Assembly: GCA_951406725.2 (NCBI GenBank)
Contig: OX597831.1
Coordinates: 6,696,001 to 6,760,000 of the forward strand
Direction of reading: 5' to 3'
Source: Octopus vulgaris
Lineage: Eukaryota
Length of the DNA: 64,000 nucleotides
Below, piece after piece: positions 36,076 through 48,915 of this stretch (within the stretch, counting starts at the first letter, position 1; each line of letters starts with the position of its first letter). Both the position numbers and the translations under genes were made by a program. The notes under the pieces were generated by a model. It ran no database searches, had not been told where the DNA came from, and saw only the letters and a list, made by a program, of their open reading frames with translations.

Positions 36076-39000
36076 AGAGACATAATAGTTTCACAGGAAA
36101 CTATTATGCTTTCATTAAAAAACCTCCATTATTGCCACTATTTCTCAATTCAGTATCTTTTAGTCTGGCACCAACCAATCTCAAAACCTTGTAATCTTCT
36201 TCATTTTGCAATTTTTGGAACCTTCTTTATATCTTTGTTGGTCTGATTCCCTCAAAAATTCACAAGTTTTATCATTGAAAGTTTAAAGAATTTCTTTACA
36301 AAATGACTTCAAAAATTTCCTGCTCATCTTCCTAATGACATATTTCATATCTTTACAAACTGGAATAAATTGGGATTGAGTGTATCCCATTTTAGGGGAC
36401 AGGCAAAATTCCCTTTGATAACTAAGTAAGACTGACGTTAATTTTGTTACACAATGTTTCTTTATTTTCTTTGGTGTTTCTAAATCAGTGTGACCGACTT
36501 CATCCCTTTTCATCTGGTGTAGGAGAGTGTGCGCCCTCTGGTATCGTGAGCAGATGGTTTCCAGAGGAGAAGAGTAGAAATTACCTCATTTTCAGCTCTA
36601 CAACAATGTCTAGCAAATTGGACTCTTCTACCTTTCACAAGAGATGATACAGGTGGTAATTTCCCATATATTTGTACTTTGGTTGGATGATGCTTCCACG
36701 AGAGATTTTGAGCTCTCATAAGGAGGCGAGAGTAAGTTCCATCCAACCACCTCTCTAGCTTCTTCGAGCCATATAGCAGAATTCTAATAGTAAGCGCAGT
36801 ATATATTGAGAAACTGTATTTTCTACATCACATCTTTGATATGCCAATAGCATATTATCTTATTCCTTGTGTTTAGATGATAGGAGGTTGATTAAAGCTT
36901 GCAAATTGTTGATAAAGATACAGGGAAGAACACCAAGGCTAAAATGGATGTTTTACAGATACAGATACAGACAAATACATATTCACATTCATATCTGTAA
37001 GCGTAAGCAAACAAGGCGTTAGGAAGGGCATCCAGCTGTAGAAACACTGCTTGATCAGACTGGGCCTGGTGCAGCCTCCTGGCTTCCCAGACCCCGGTCA
37101 AACCATCTAACCCATGCTAGCATGGAAAGCGGATGTTAAACGATGATGATGATGATGATAATGAATTAATAGGTAAAAGTTGCTGCATTCTGATGTTGTT
37201 CAAACATTTATCATACTCAGCCAACGATAACCTCATTCTTTACTAAATACCAACAGTAAGAATAATCCATCAAGCGATGAATGATATTGAAAGGGACAAA
37301 AATATTTATACAACTCTTTATACATCAAAAACACATTTTGACTTCAATACCAATAGCCACTTCTATTGATTGAGGGCTGCCTTCTTCCAAAGCATCTAAG
37401 CCACAGATTTTGATAAAATCACGGCCTGCTTCACTGCAAGGATGGAGCCATATCACTTCAACCATGTCACTAGTTAATATTGTAGAGGAATTCCTGAAAG
37501 TCTTGAATATTCATTCCACATCCTCTATAATTATTTATAATGAAGAGATTCTCTGTGAGAAATCAATACTATACAAGTTGGTTTTTCTCTGGATAAAAAC
37601 ATGTTTACACTTGTTCCAGTGATCAATCATAGATGTAAATCCAAACCATTGATGACAAAAATTACAATCAAGAAATAAAACAAAAACCAGTGTCATGGTA
37701 TATATGTGTTTTCAATGGCTCAGTTCACTCTCCGATGTTGTACTTGCTTAAAACATTGTATAACTAGGAACAAAACAATACAACTCTCTCTCTCTCTCAA
37801 AATAACTACTAAAATACCAACAGTAATTTGAGCCAACAGAAAACAAATTTCTGACGTCAGTATTGATTACTAGTTTCATAATATATTGTTGATTTTGAAC
37901 TTATCAAATTTTTCTGACGAGATTGTTACTGCAGCTGGTGAATTTTCAAATTTGCTTTAGAGAAAGTGTGAAAGCGTTTTGTGATGTAATCAATATATTT
38001 ACTAAGCTGATGGTTTATAAAGCAGTTGTTCACATGAATCTTTTTGTATGGATGTGAAACCTGGATATTCCATTGCAAAGACAGAAATACTTCCATTAGA
38101 CAAAAACTACAAACCATCATGTGCATATATTGGCAGTGAGCTGGCAGAAACGTTAGCAGGCCAGGCGAAATGCTTAGCGGTATTTCGTCTGCCGTTACGT
38201 TCCGAGTTCAAATTCCGCCGAGGTCGACTTTGCCTTTCAGGGTCGATAAATTAAGTACCAGTTACGCACTGGCGTCGATCTAATCGACTTAGGCCCTTTG
38301 TCTGTTCTTGTTTGTCCTCTCTATGTTTAGCCCCTTGTGGGCAATAAAGAAATATATATTACAAATAACAAAATTCTTCATCAGACAAGATTCAACAGCA
38401 TTGTTCCTGTAGTGGTGTAGCACCAGCCATGGTGGGTTGGTCACTTTCAAAGAATTCTGTTGTGTTGACTACTGCAAATGTTTAGGAACAAAGAATTATT
38501 AGAAAGAGAATACTAAGAGAAGTCCATGGCAGTTACACAAAAATCAAAGGAACTTTCAAAAACTTTGATATGGATGTTCTGTGATAGGTTGTTGTTGATG
38601 TCTTTGTATGTTTCACTGGAAATGGAAATACATGATGTTGTTTGTTTCCAGTCTTTCATGGAAAATATGCCATGAAGAAATATTGCCTTGGAAACAAGGT
38701 GAGGGTTGATTACAAGGACATCCAACTAGAAAAGGTCTGCATCAACAAATTCTGTCTGATCCACGTGATCTTAGAAATCATCATCATCATCATTTAACAT
38801 CTGCTTTCCATGCTGGCATGGGTTGGATGGTTCTGAGAACCAGCAAGCCAGAAGGCTGCAACAGGCTCCAATTTGACTTGGCAAGGTTTCTACAGCTAGA
38901 TGTCCTTCTTAATGTCAACAACTCCAAGAGTTTTGTGGATGCTTTTTACGTGCCACAGGCACGGGGGGGGGGGCAACACTGCTGTCAGCCATGCTTGAAT

Positions 39001-41183
39001 GGTGCTTTTCAAGTGCCAGTCAGGCAGCACTGGCATTGGTCATGCTTGAATGGTGCTTTTTGCATGCCACTGCCATGGCTGTCAGTCAGGCGTCACTGCC
39101 ATTGGCCACACTCAAATGGTGTCTTTTATGTGCCACTGGCACGGGTGCCAATCAGGTGCCGCCATGTCTGCAATTTCACTTGGCTCAACAAGTCTTCACA
39201 AACATGCCATATCACCCAACGATTGAAGGGTGCTTTAAACGAGCCAGTTATATGATAGTGGCATTGGCCACAACTACGATCTCACTTGACTTGCTGAGTC
39301 TTCTCAAGCATGGCTTGTCTCCAAAGGTTTGTGAGGCCCAACGTTTGAAGGTCATGCTTCACCACCTCATCCCATGTCTTCTTGGGTCTACCTCTTCCAC
39401 AGGTTCCTTCTACTGTTAGGGTGTGACACTTCTTCACACACCTGTCCTCATCCGTATGCATCACGACCATACCAGTGCAGTCGTCTATCTTGCACTCTCC
39501 ATCTGATGCTTCTTATGTCCAGCTTTTCTCCCAGGGCACTTACACTCTGTCGTCTATGCACACTGACATTACACATCCAGCAGAGCATACTGGTTTCATT
39601 TCCTTTAACCCAGCGAAGCGTACTAGCTTCATTTCTTAAATCATGATGGCACGTAAAAAGCACCCACTACACTCTCGGAGTGGTTGGCGTTAGGAAAGGC
39701 ATCCAGCTGTAGAAACTCTGCCAAATCAAGATTGGAGCCTGGTGCAGCCATCTGGTTCGCCAGCCTTCTGTCAAAATCGTCCAACCCATGCCAGCATGGA
39801 AAGTGGACGTTAAACGATGATGATGATGATAATAATGAATGCAGGACTATAATGTTCAATGTCTAAGGAATAATTTGAGGGAAATGTGTTGCTGGGTGAG
39901 GGCAAGTACACCAGCAGTTTCCCCTGCCATATGCTTCACTACAAACCTGTCAAAGTGTGACTGATACTTTGAGTTTGCTCTTCTCGGCCTGATGTGCAGC
40001 GGAGCCTGGGTTGGCAGTTGAACAACTAGGTTGCCACAGGAGAATGCCAGATGAGGAAACAGAAAAATTGTCATGCCAAATCCTATAAAATATTATATTA
40101 TCTCAGAACCCTATTAAATATCATATTATTAAATTATCAACTAATTTATGATGAATCTACAGGCAATCCTTTATATTTCTTATATTTGGGGTGGATCTTT
40201 TCACTTTGACCGGCAGATTTTTAAAATAATTTCCACGTAACTAAACACTTTTAAACTTCGTATACTGGTAGAATGTGTTACATAAAACATCTTTTTCTCT
40301 TGGCTTTCTTGAGAAAATTCTGTAGTTTGTAAGATATTTGTTATTTAATTTCTTGCATTTCGGCAATTTCAACCAATCAAAGCCAAGAGAAAAAGATGTT
40401 TTATGTAACACACTACCAGTATACGAAGTTTAAAAGTGTTTAGTTGCAAAGAAATTATTTAAAAATCTGCCGGTCAAAGCGAAAAGATCCTTTGGGGCCA
40501 CTTTCTAATGCACTGTATTTGTTGAAATTTTTTAGCTTCATACTATATTACATATCCAGGTCTGCGTCATCTAATGTCTCCCCACTAAAACAGTTGAGAG
40601 ATTTGGTTGCTCTTTCTAGTAAGTCGAGTGACCCGTAAAGTATCCCACATTGCTTTACAGTGTGCCAAGAATTGATGAGGAAGAATATGATATTGTTAAC
40701 AATGGTTCTTTGTTACCTCGGTGGAGTCGGGGGTTAAGGTTTGAATCGAACAAGGATGAAAAGAAATTAAATGAAAAACTGAGGAAGTTGACAAAAGGAA
40801 AAATAAGAGAGAGAAGGGGAGGAGGCGGAAAGAAAGCAAAAGAGGAGAAAAACTCGAAAGAGAGAGATACATAAACTAACGAGAGGGAGAGGAAGTGTGA
40901 TAGTCGTAATGTAGTGAGAGAGAGAGAGAGAGAAAGAAGAACGAGGGGGAGGTAATAAGCAAGAGAGATAGACAATGACAGAGGGAAGGGGGGAGTAAAA
41001 TGAAATCTCTTGTGTTAAGAGAAGCAGGAAGAAAGCCATATTTAAGTCCTCTTAGTTTGTGTTTGACCGCCAAAACGGAGCTTCTTTGTTTTGGCGGCGA
41101 TTTTCTACATAAACCAGTGGCAGCTGGTGTGGAAATTAGTTGAAAAGGGATTCTGGCTTTGAAAAGAGGATTCCCCTCAAGCT

Positions 41184-42172
41184 CTGTGTGTGTATGTGTG
41201 TGTATGTATGTACGTATGTACGTAAGTATGTATGTGTGTGTGTATGTATGTATGTGTGTGTATGTATGTATGTATTGTACGTACGTACGTATCTATGTGT
41301 GTGTGTGTGTGTATGTATTGTATGTACGTACGTGTGTGTGTATGTATTGTATGTACGTACGTGTGTGTGTGTATGTATGTATTGTATGTACGTACGTGTG
41401 TGTGTGTGTATGTATGTACGTGTGTATGTACGTACGTGTGTGTGTATGTATTGTACGTACGTGTGTGTGTATATGTATTGTATGTACGTACGTGTGTGTG
41501 TATGTATTGTACGTACGTGTGTGTGTATATGTATGTATGTACGTACGTGTGTGTGTATGTATGTACGTGTGTGTATGTACGTACGTGTGTGTTTATGTAT
41601 GTATGTACGTACGTGTGTGTGTATATGTATTGTATGTACGTACGTGTGTGTGTGTGTGTATGTATTGTACGTACGTGTGTGTGTATGTATGTATTGTACG
41701 TACGTGTGTGTGTATGTATTGTATGTACGTGTGTGTGTATGTATGTATTGTACGTACGTGTGTGTGTGTGTATGTATGTACGTGTGTGTATGTATTGTAC
41801 GTACGTGTGTGTGTATGTATTGTATGTACGTACGTGTGTGTGTATATGTATGTACGTACGTGTGTGTGTGTGTATGTATGTACGTGTGTGTGTGTGTATA
41901 TGTATTGTATGTACGTACGTGTGTGTGTGTGTATTGTATGTACGTACGTGTGTGTGTGTGTATATGTATGTATGTACGTGTGTGTGTGTGTATATGTATT
42001 GTATGTACGTACGTGTGTGTGTGTGTATGTATTGTATGTACATGTGTGTATGTACGTACGTGTGTTTGTATGTATGTATTGTATGTACGTGTGTATGTAT
42101 GTATTGTATGTACGTGTGTATGTATGTATTGTATGTACGTACGTGTGTGTGTATGTATGTATTGTATGTATA
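41184..42172. repeat. ~1-kb compound micro/minisatellite (TG, TATG, TATTG, TACG)
   Basis: Recurring unit GTATGTATTGTATGTACGTACGTGTGTGT; explains six spurious long ORFs. Confidence 0.95.
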
Positions 42173-42324
42173 TTAGGTTCATTATTCATTCGGCGAAAGT
42201 GTTACTCACTGAAGAAATTGCATCCAATTAAAAAGCAAAAATAAATATTGAAATGTTTTTTTGTCGAATAGAAATTTTTTTATGGAGATAAAGAAAGGAA
42301 AAAGTGACAGAAACTGCAGATTTT

Positions 42325-42620
42325 GGTACGACTAGCGAACAGTGGTCCCTGTGCTCGCACACGCGAAATCGCGCATCCGCGCAAGCTAGTCGTAAGTAGT
42401 CGACCCTACAACGACTACATAGCAAAGTAAATAAAACACAAAATAAATAATTTTTCTTACACAAAGTAAATAAAACACAAAAAAACAGAAAGTAAATAAT
42501 TTTTTAAACAAAGTAAATAACACAAAAACACAAAGTAAGGATCGACTAGTCATGACTAGCTGGCGCGGATGCGCGAGTACGCAAGAGCGGGCACCGGGAC
42601 CACTGTTCTCAAGTAGTACA
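42325..42620. mobile_element. Merlin-like MITE, same family
   Basis: Same TIRs; 8-bp TSD CAGATTTT. A further copy at 61258-61537 and orphan ends near 50396 and 60913-60937. Confidence 0.8.
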
Positions 42621-43509
42621 CAGATTTTTATATTATGTATCAGTACAATTGAGTTTGGCCTCCGCTGAGTTTGGGTTCAAATCCTATCCAGTTTCACTCA
42701 CTCTTTCTCGCGATTAAAATCAATAAATAAGTATCAATATTCAATTAATCGATTATTCTCCACTTCTTGTTCCACACAAAAAGGGGCCTTTTTTTCCTTT
42801 TCTTTTCTTTTTTGAGAAGCAATCCTCTGTAATTTGAGTCTGATGATCTAGTCTCCTGGTTTTAACATTGCATTTCAATTTCGCTGTTGATGTGTGTGTG
42901 TGTGTGTAACAAGAGGAAGTTGGAAAACTTTCGGGTATTCACCATTACATGTCTTTCATTTGCTAATAGGAATTACATGTTAGATAAACAGCAGATGTGC
43001 TACAACAGGACACAGTTTGGATTTTACTACATCTACACAATGTGTGTATGCACACATGTAGGTATAAGTGAAACAAATATACTGATCATTTAGTGCCACT
43101 CTCTGTTCTAATAAACCTAGCAGAAACCCTTCTCCATAGTCTTGGATATTCAACCAAAGGTATTAGTCTCCATGTCAACTCAGACAAAATGGAACAATCA
43201 AAACATAATGCGGCACACCTCTCAGCTGTGTTGAAGAATTTACTTATCTTGGTTGTAAAATCTCTAGGTGGAAGGTGGGAAGCAGCAGGAGTATGGCAGA
43301 AGAGGGCAGAAAAAAGGTGAGCTGGGTAGCACAAGAAGAGGCAGGCCTTATGCATAGGAGATGAAGATGACTCACTACATATGTAAAAATACACATATAC
43401 ATATATATATATATATACATAAACTTAGATATGTTTCAACCAAAGATTGGTCCAGGCCATGTCTAACTTAATAGCACCACCTGATAGGATTATCTAAACC
43501 CTGTTTAAG

Positions 43510-43970
43510 TCAAGTTTTGTTTATGGTCCATTCAAGTAGTGAGTTCTTGTTGGGTGAGTTGTATCCAATTATGGGTGGCTTATCCAATATTCCTAGAAGA
43601 AATCTATCCAGACTCCGTTTAAAGTTGATGGTATCCTTTTCCTCCTTGATCTCTTTTGGGACAATGTTATACAGGGTAGGGCCTGTTAAGGAAAAGAAAT
43701 TATGTTGCAGTGTATCTTTATGCTGTGATCCTGAATTGGGCAGGGGACGTATGGCCCGTGGTCCCAGCTTTGGAGGAATCTTGAAACTAATGTTCAGGTT
43801 GTTTGGGCAAAGTTGGCGGTATATTCTCCACATCGTACAAATGATGTACCGCTTGCGGTGGCGTTGGAGAGAGTAGAGTTTTAAGGCTTTAAGGTGGTCC
43901 CAATAATCGAGAGCAGTCATGCCTTCAATTCGTTTAGTGAGTGCCCTCTGGGGTGATTCAATCCTCGAGA
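43510..43970 (-). mobile_element. CR1-like LINE ORF2 C-terminal fragment
   Basis: IESPQRALTKRIEGM..LDYWDHLKALKLYSLQRHR...FKRSLDRFL, typical of the post-RT region of CR1-group elements. Confidence 0.8.
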
Positions 43971-44807
43971 TATATATATATGAAGCTTTAACTAGAATGA
44001 CAAATATAAGTATGTGAAACAAAATAACAACAAGCCACATTTCCATTCCACAAGCATCATGCTTGCTCCCTGCACAGGCTGGCTACCTTGGGAAAAATGA
44101 TGTCAGCATGAGTTTTTGGAGACAATCTGATATCACAATCGATTCAGTAGGGATCAATTCATATACTGGAACATAGAATGAATATATCCAAGAAGGATTA
44201 CATAATGGAAACAACTGTTGGCTTTCTGTATGATGTAATCCTGTTCTTTACATGTGTCAGTCATTAGACTGGCCATGCTGGGGCAGCACTGCCTTGAAGA
44301 ATTTTAGTCAAACAAATCAATCCCAGGACTTCTTTTAAAGCCTCGTACTTATTCTATTGGTCTCTTTTGCTGATTTGCTAAGGTTCTGAAGTGGTAGTCG
44401 GACGGACACAGGCGCAGGAGTGGCTGAGTGGTAAGTAGTTTGCTTACCAACCACATGGCTTTGGGTTCAGTCCCACTGCGTGGCACCTTGGACAAGTGTC
44501 TTCTACTATAACCTCAGGCCGACCAAAGCCTTGTGAGTAGGTTTGGTAGGCGGAAACTGAAAGAAGTCCATTGTATATATTCATGTGTGTTTGTCCCCAC
44601 TACCATTGTTTGACAATCGATGTTGGTGTGTTTATGTCCCTGTAACGTAGGAGTTTGGCAAAAGAGACCGATAGAAAAAGTACTAGGCTTACAAAGAATA
44701 AGTCCTGGTCTCGATTTGTTTGACTAAAGGCAGTGCTCCAGCATGACCACAATCATATGACTGAAACGAGTAAAAGAATAAAAATATATACGATGTGCTA
44801 GTAAACT

Positions 44808-45329
44808 TATAAAATTCCTCTGTTATGGAATACATTCATAAACACCAACTCAAGGAATACTGGTGGAATATTTCCATCAAAACTTCTGTCAAATGTAAGC
44901 ATAACAGGCTGGATATTGTTGCCTGGGGCAGAAGGGCAAAGGTATATACCATCATAGAGGTTAGCTGCCCTGCAGAGATCAATATAAATATCTTTTTGAA
45001 AATCAAAGAAAAAGAGGATATCTATGGACAACTGCTTCGAAACCTCCAGCATTTTATTCCAGACTATGAATTCATATTCATACCAATAATAATTGGAGCA
45101 CTAGGTTTTGTTAGTAAATGCTTGAAGGAGAATTTGGATAAACTGAGATTTTTAGAAAGATTTGTACATTACAAGTCCAATCTGTGAGCGGAACAGTAAA
45201 AATATGCAAGACTTTTCTCAAGTTCCAAATGTGAATTTGTCTGTGTTAACTACTTCCTGAAGATGGAGCCTTGTATCTTTGTTAGAAACCAGCTCCCTCC
45301 TCAATGCAGGATTCATAATAATTAAAAAA
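44808..45329 (+). mobile_element. R4/Dong-like non-LTR retrotransposon 3' fragment (restriction-like endonuclease)
   Basis: HNRLDIV...IIEVSCP...KEKEDIY..L...IPIIIGALG corresponds to the PD-(D/E)xK RLE domain; A/TAA-rich end. Confidence 0.75.
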
Positions 45330-45574
45330 CAGAAGAGACATACATACGTACGTATGGATCTAAGATACCAGCTCTTTCTCTATTGGCAAGAAATCTTGAA
45401 ATAAAACTGGAATAATGACTCACATTTCTGTCAGATCATTGCACAAGTAATGCCTGGACTTCTGTATTTTCAATTTGTAAATGCTTTAACAGAATTTTAG
45501 AATATCTAATGGCATCAAGTAATATTTATATGTATTTGGACATATTTAAGCTAATCAGATTTCATTTTGCAGGA

Positions 45575-45830
45575 TAATTTAATTGAAATTCCACTAATTA
45601 TAGCTCTTCAAACATGAAAGTGTCTGAAGAGCATTTGGGGCACATAACGCTTTATGAGTTTAAAAAAGGGGAACTCTGCAGCTGAAGCAACTTGAAATAT
45701 TCACTCAGCTTATGGAGAAGAATGCCTGAATGAAAGAACTTGCAGAAGATGGTTTGTAAAATTCAAAAGTGGAGATTTCAACCTTGAAGATGAGACCTGA
45801 ACAGGACGTTCAATTGAGTTTGCTGACAAG
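45575..45830 (+). mobile_element. Mariner transposase N-terminal remnant
   Basis: LYEFKKGNSAAEAT*NIHSAYGEECLNERTCRRWFVKFKSGDFNLED. Confidence 0.8.
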
Positions 45831-47345
45831 CCAAGTCAGTGCATGCATATACAGCATATACACATGCGAGTACTGTCCAAATCTCCAACCAATCGCATAC
45901 AGCTAACTGGCATTCAATTGGTGTATCAAGTTTCGGGCATTTTGATTGGGTTTTGGATAGAAAATTCACAAAAAAGTCACTTCTATTGACTTTTTAATGG
46001 CTTTGCAGTGTGACTGGGGAAATGTAAAGATGTGCATGACCACCCTTGGACGGTTTTGAATGACCATAGTCAGTGTGAGCCCTCTAACTGAAAAATTGTG
46101 GATTTGTATAGAGGATACACACACACACACAGACATTTTGCCATTTATATATAGAGAGATTTCAGGACAGTGTGTGTGTGTGTATGTATGTACATGCGCA
46201 TGTGCGTGTATGTATTATATAACTAGATATAAAAATGAAACAACTCAACAAAGGAACCTCTCTGCTTTTGTCATGTAACCTGTTAAAAAAATAGCAACCA
46301 AATCTCTTTTAAACCACACCCAAACTCTCCACAATACATAAAAACTACAACAGAGTATAGAAAATACGTGGCATGATTGCCTGATTGTTTTTACGTGTGA
46401 TTATTGTTGAATTTCTCGGCAGATTTCACATCTAAGATATCGAAATCTTTTTCACTACCCAGTAATTCAGATTTCACTTGCAGGCCTTCCTTAACCGAAA
46501 ATGCATGCTTTACGAATCCACCCAACGCTTCTAAGTTGTATTTAGGAGACTGAATTTGTGTAAGAAGTGCTTGGGTTGTTCCATTATGGCACTATGAATA
46601 TAATGAAAGGGGCGCGGATACCCCACAAAGGTCATTATGCGTTTACTGATTAGCCAGCACACCTCATTTTCTTATTGTTTGTTTTTGTAAATTGTTTCTT
46701 TTTTTTTCTTTCACAGAATTATCACAAATTAAAGAAAGTTATTAAATTTCATTACAATGAAGATTTAACTAGGAGCCAATGAGGCAAAGAAATCTCTTCA
46801 TGGTTCCTTGATAGGCTAGAAAGAGCAGCCAAATCTCCTTTATATCACACCCTACCATCTTATTAAAAGGATGGCACATTGGACAATGTAATTCTAGGTA
46901 CACTAAGACTGCAAAAAAAGTAGATGATGCATTCATGCCTTGTATGCCTTTCATCATGGTTCTGTTCCATCATATTCATCAAGTCCACAATGGATTATTT
47001 CTAGGAGGAATTAACGACCGATTCTACAACAGTCAAGAATCCATCAATAAACTGACTGTTGTCTTCGTAACAGTTGCCACATTCTAAGCCTGAAATTTCC
47101 ATGGTCGCTCGACCCATTAAAAATAGCAACAAAATGCCTCTCAGCCTACACCTGATCTTGTTGAAGGAAAACGCATTGGATATTGTAGTGCTGAATATGT
47201 TTAATCTGAAAAAGAGATAATTACGGCTGGATCGCTTATGATCCAAGGTCTTCTGGATCACAGATGTCCTGGGGCTAAACTGCAACATTCTAAATCTTAT
47301 GTTAGTCTGACCTATTTTAAAAGTATTACAAGAAATACTAAATTG

Positions 47346-47762
47346 GGATCTTTTCGGTTTGAACGGCAGTTTTTTCTAGCGGTGTCATATGAAATTGTCA
47401 CCCATAATTATGACCCTAGTATCGATCTATTGCTTTTCAATCTGTTTTAGGGTTTGGGGTGGGGGGAAGGGTATCTTTTTTTCTTCACAAATGTAAATAA
47501 ACCCAATATGTTTCTTAAACGAGGGACATATTCATACGGCACAGAATGTTTGTTTTTTTACCTCAATAGACGTCATTGATTGGTTGAAATTGCAGAAATT
47601 GAAGACAAAAAACAACAAATAGCTTACAAACCATAGAATTTTCTCAATAAAGCCAAGAGAAAAAGGTGTTTTATAAACACATTCTACCAGTATACGAAGT
47701 TTAAAAGTGTTTAGTTACAAAGAAATTATTTTAAAAAACTGCTGTTAAAAATGAAAAGATCC
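47346..47762. mobile_element. MITE with GGATCTTTTC TIRs and 8-bp TSD
   Basis: Perfect TSD CTAAATTG; a foldback derivative of the same family at 40193-40490. Confidence 0.8.
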
Positions 47763-48057
47763 CTAAATTGTCATTTTATGAAGCAAAAACAACCAACAAA
47801 ATATAATCTCAAATTAATAGTTATTCCTTCGTCTACATTCAAACGTTATAAATTCGACTTTATATTTTTATTTTGACTGTTATTTTTTAGTAAATCGAGT
47901 AATATTTGCGAATGTTCCTATAGTTAGAAATTATATTCCAATGCACCAAAAGTAGAAATTTCTTGGGATGTTTAAGTTTTAAGAAACATAAAGAAAAACA
48001 ATTGGGGAAGAATTTTGTTCCGAAATGGTTTCGGTAAAGGGCATAGTTTCGGTTGTA

Positions 48058-48915
48058 GTAGCACAGATTTCCGTCGATTTCCGTAAAAAACTTTTATTTT
48101 TTTACATAAGTAATAAGAGCGAAAGAGACTAAGAGGAAGCGATTTTACGACGAGAAGGTTTCACTTTGAAGTCGGCCTGTGTGTGTTTGATGGGATGTGG
48201 GAGACAGACAGTATGTTGTGTAAGTGAAGTGCTTCTGTTAGTGTGTGCGAAGAGACAGACATACATATACACATACACCGAGTACATACATACATACATA
48301 CACACACACATATACATAGATACATACACACACACACATACATACATACATACACACACACATACTTACACACACACATAGATACATACACACACACACA
48401 TACATGCAGACATACATATACACATACACCGAGTAAAAAATTACACTGAATCGACCATACATACATACACACATACACATACACACATACATAGATACAT
48501 ACACACACACACATACATGCAGACATACATATACACATACACCGAGTAAAAATTAACGATGAATCGGCCATACATACATACATACACACACACATACTTC
48601 ACACACACATACATAGATACATGCATACATACATATACACATACATGCATACATACATATACACATACACCGAGTAAAAAATCAGTTATCTCTCTCTTTC
48701 ACACATTACTCTCTCTGTCTCTTCGCACACACTAACAGAAGCACTTCACTTACACAACATACTGTCTGTCTCCCACACCCCATCAAACACACACAGGCCG
48801 ATTTCAAAGTGAAACCTTCTCGTCGTAAAATCGCTTCCTCTTAGTCTCTTTCGCTCTCATTACTTATGTAAAAAAATAAAAGTTTTTTACGGAAATCGAC
48901 GGAAATCTGCGCTAC
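48058..48915. repeat. Long inverted repeat (202-bp arms) around a CA/TACA minisatellite
   Basis: Arms 48058-48259 and 48714-48915 are near-perfect reverse complements; spacer has four CACATACACCGAGTA units. Confidence 0.92.

Noticed and set aside
35533-36246. 237-aa and 180-aa plus-strand ORFs
   Set aside because: Antisense to a LINE fragment; no recognisable protein.
41136-42244. Six long ORFs (198-363 aa) rich in HTY/CVM
   Set aside because: Translations of a microsatellite; the same applies to 48129-48650 and 34235-34634.
45258-45298. CTGAAGA...GAAAC hammerhead-like words
   Set aside because: Could not build consistent stems I-III.
46390-47290. Short open frames with possible splice sites
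   Set aside because: No recognisable homology or consistent exon chain.
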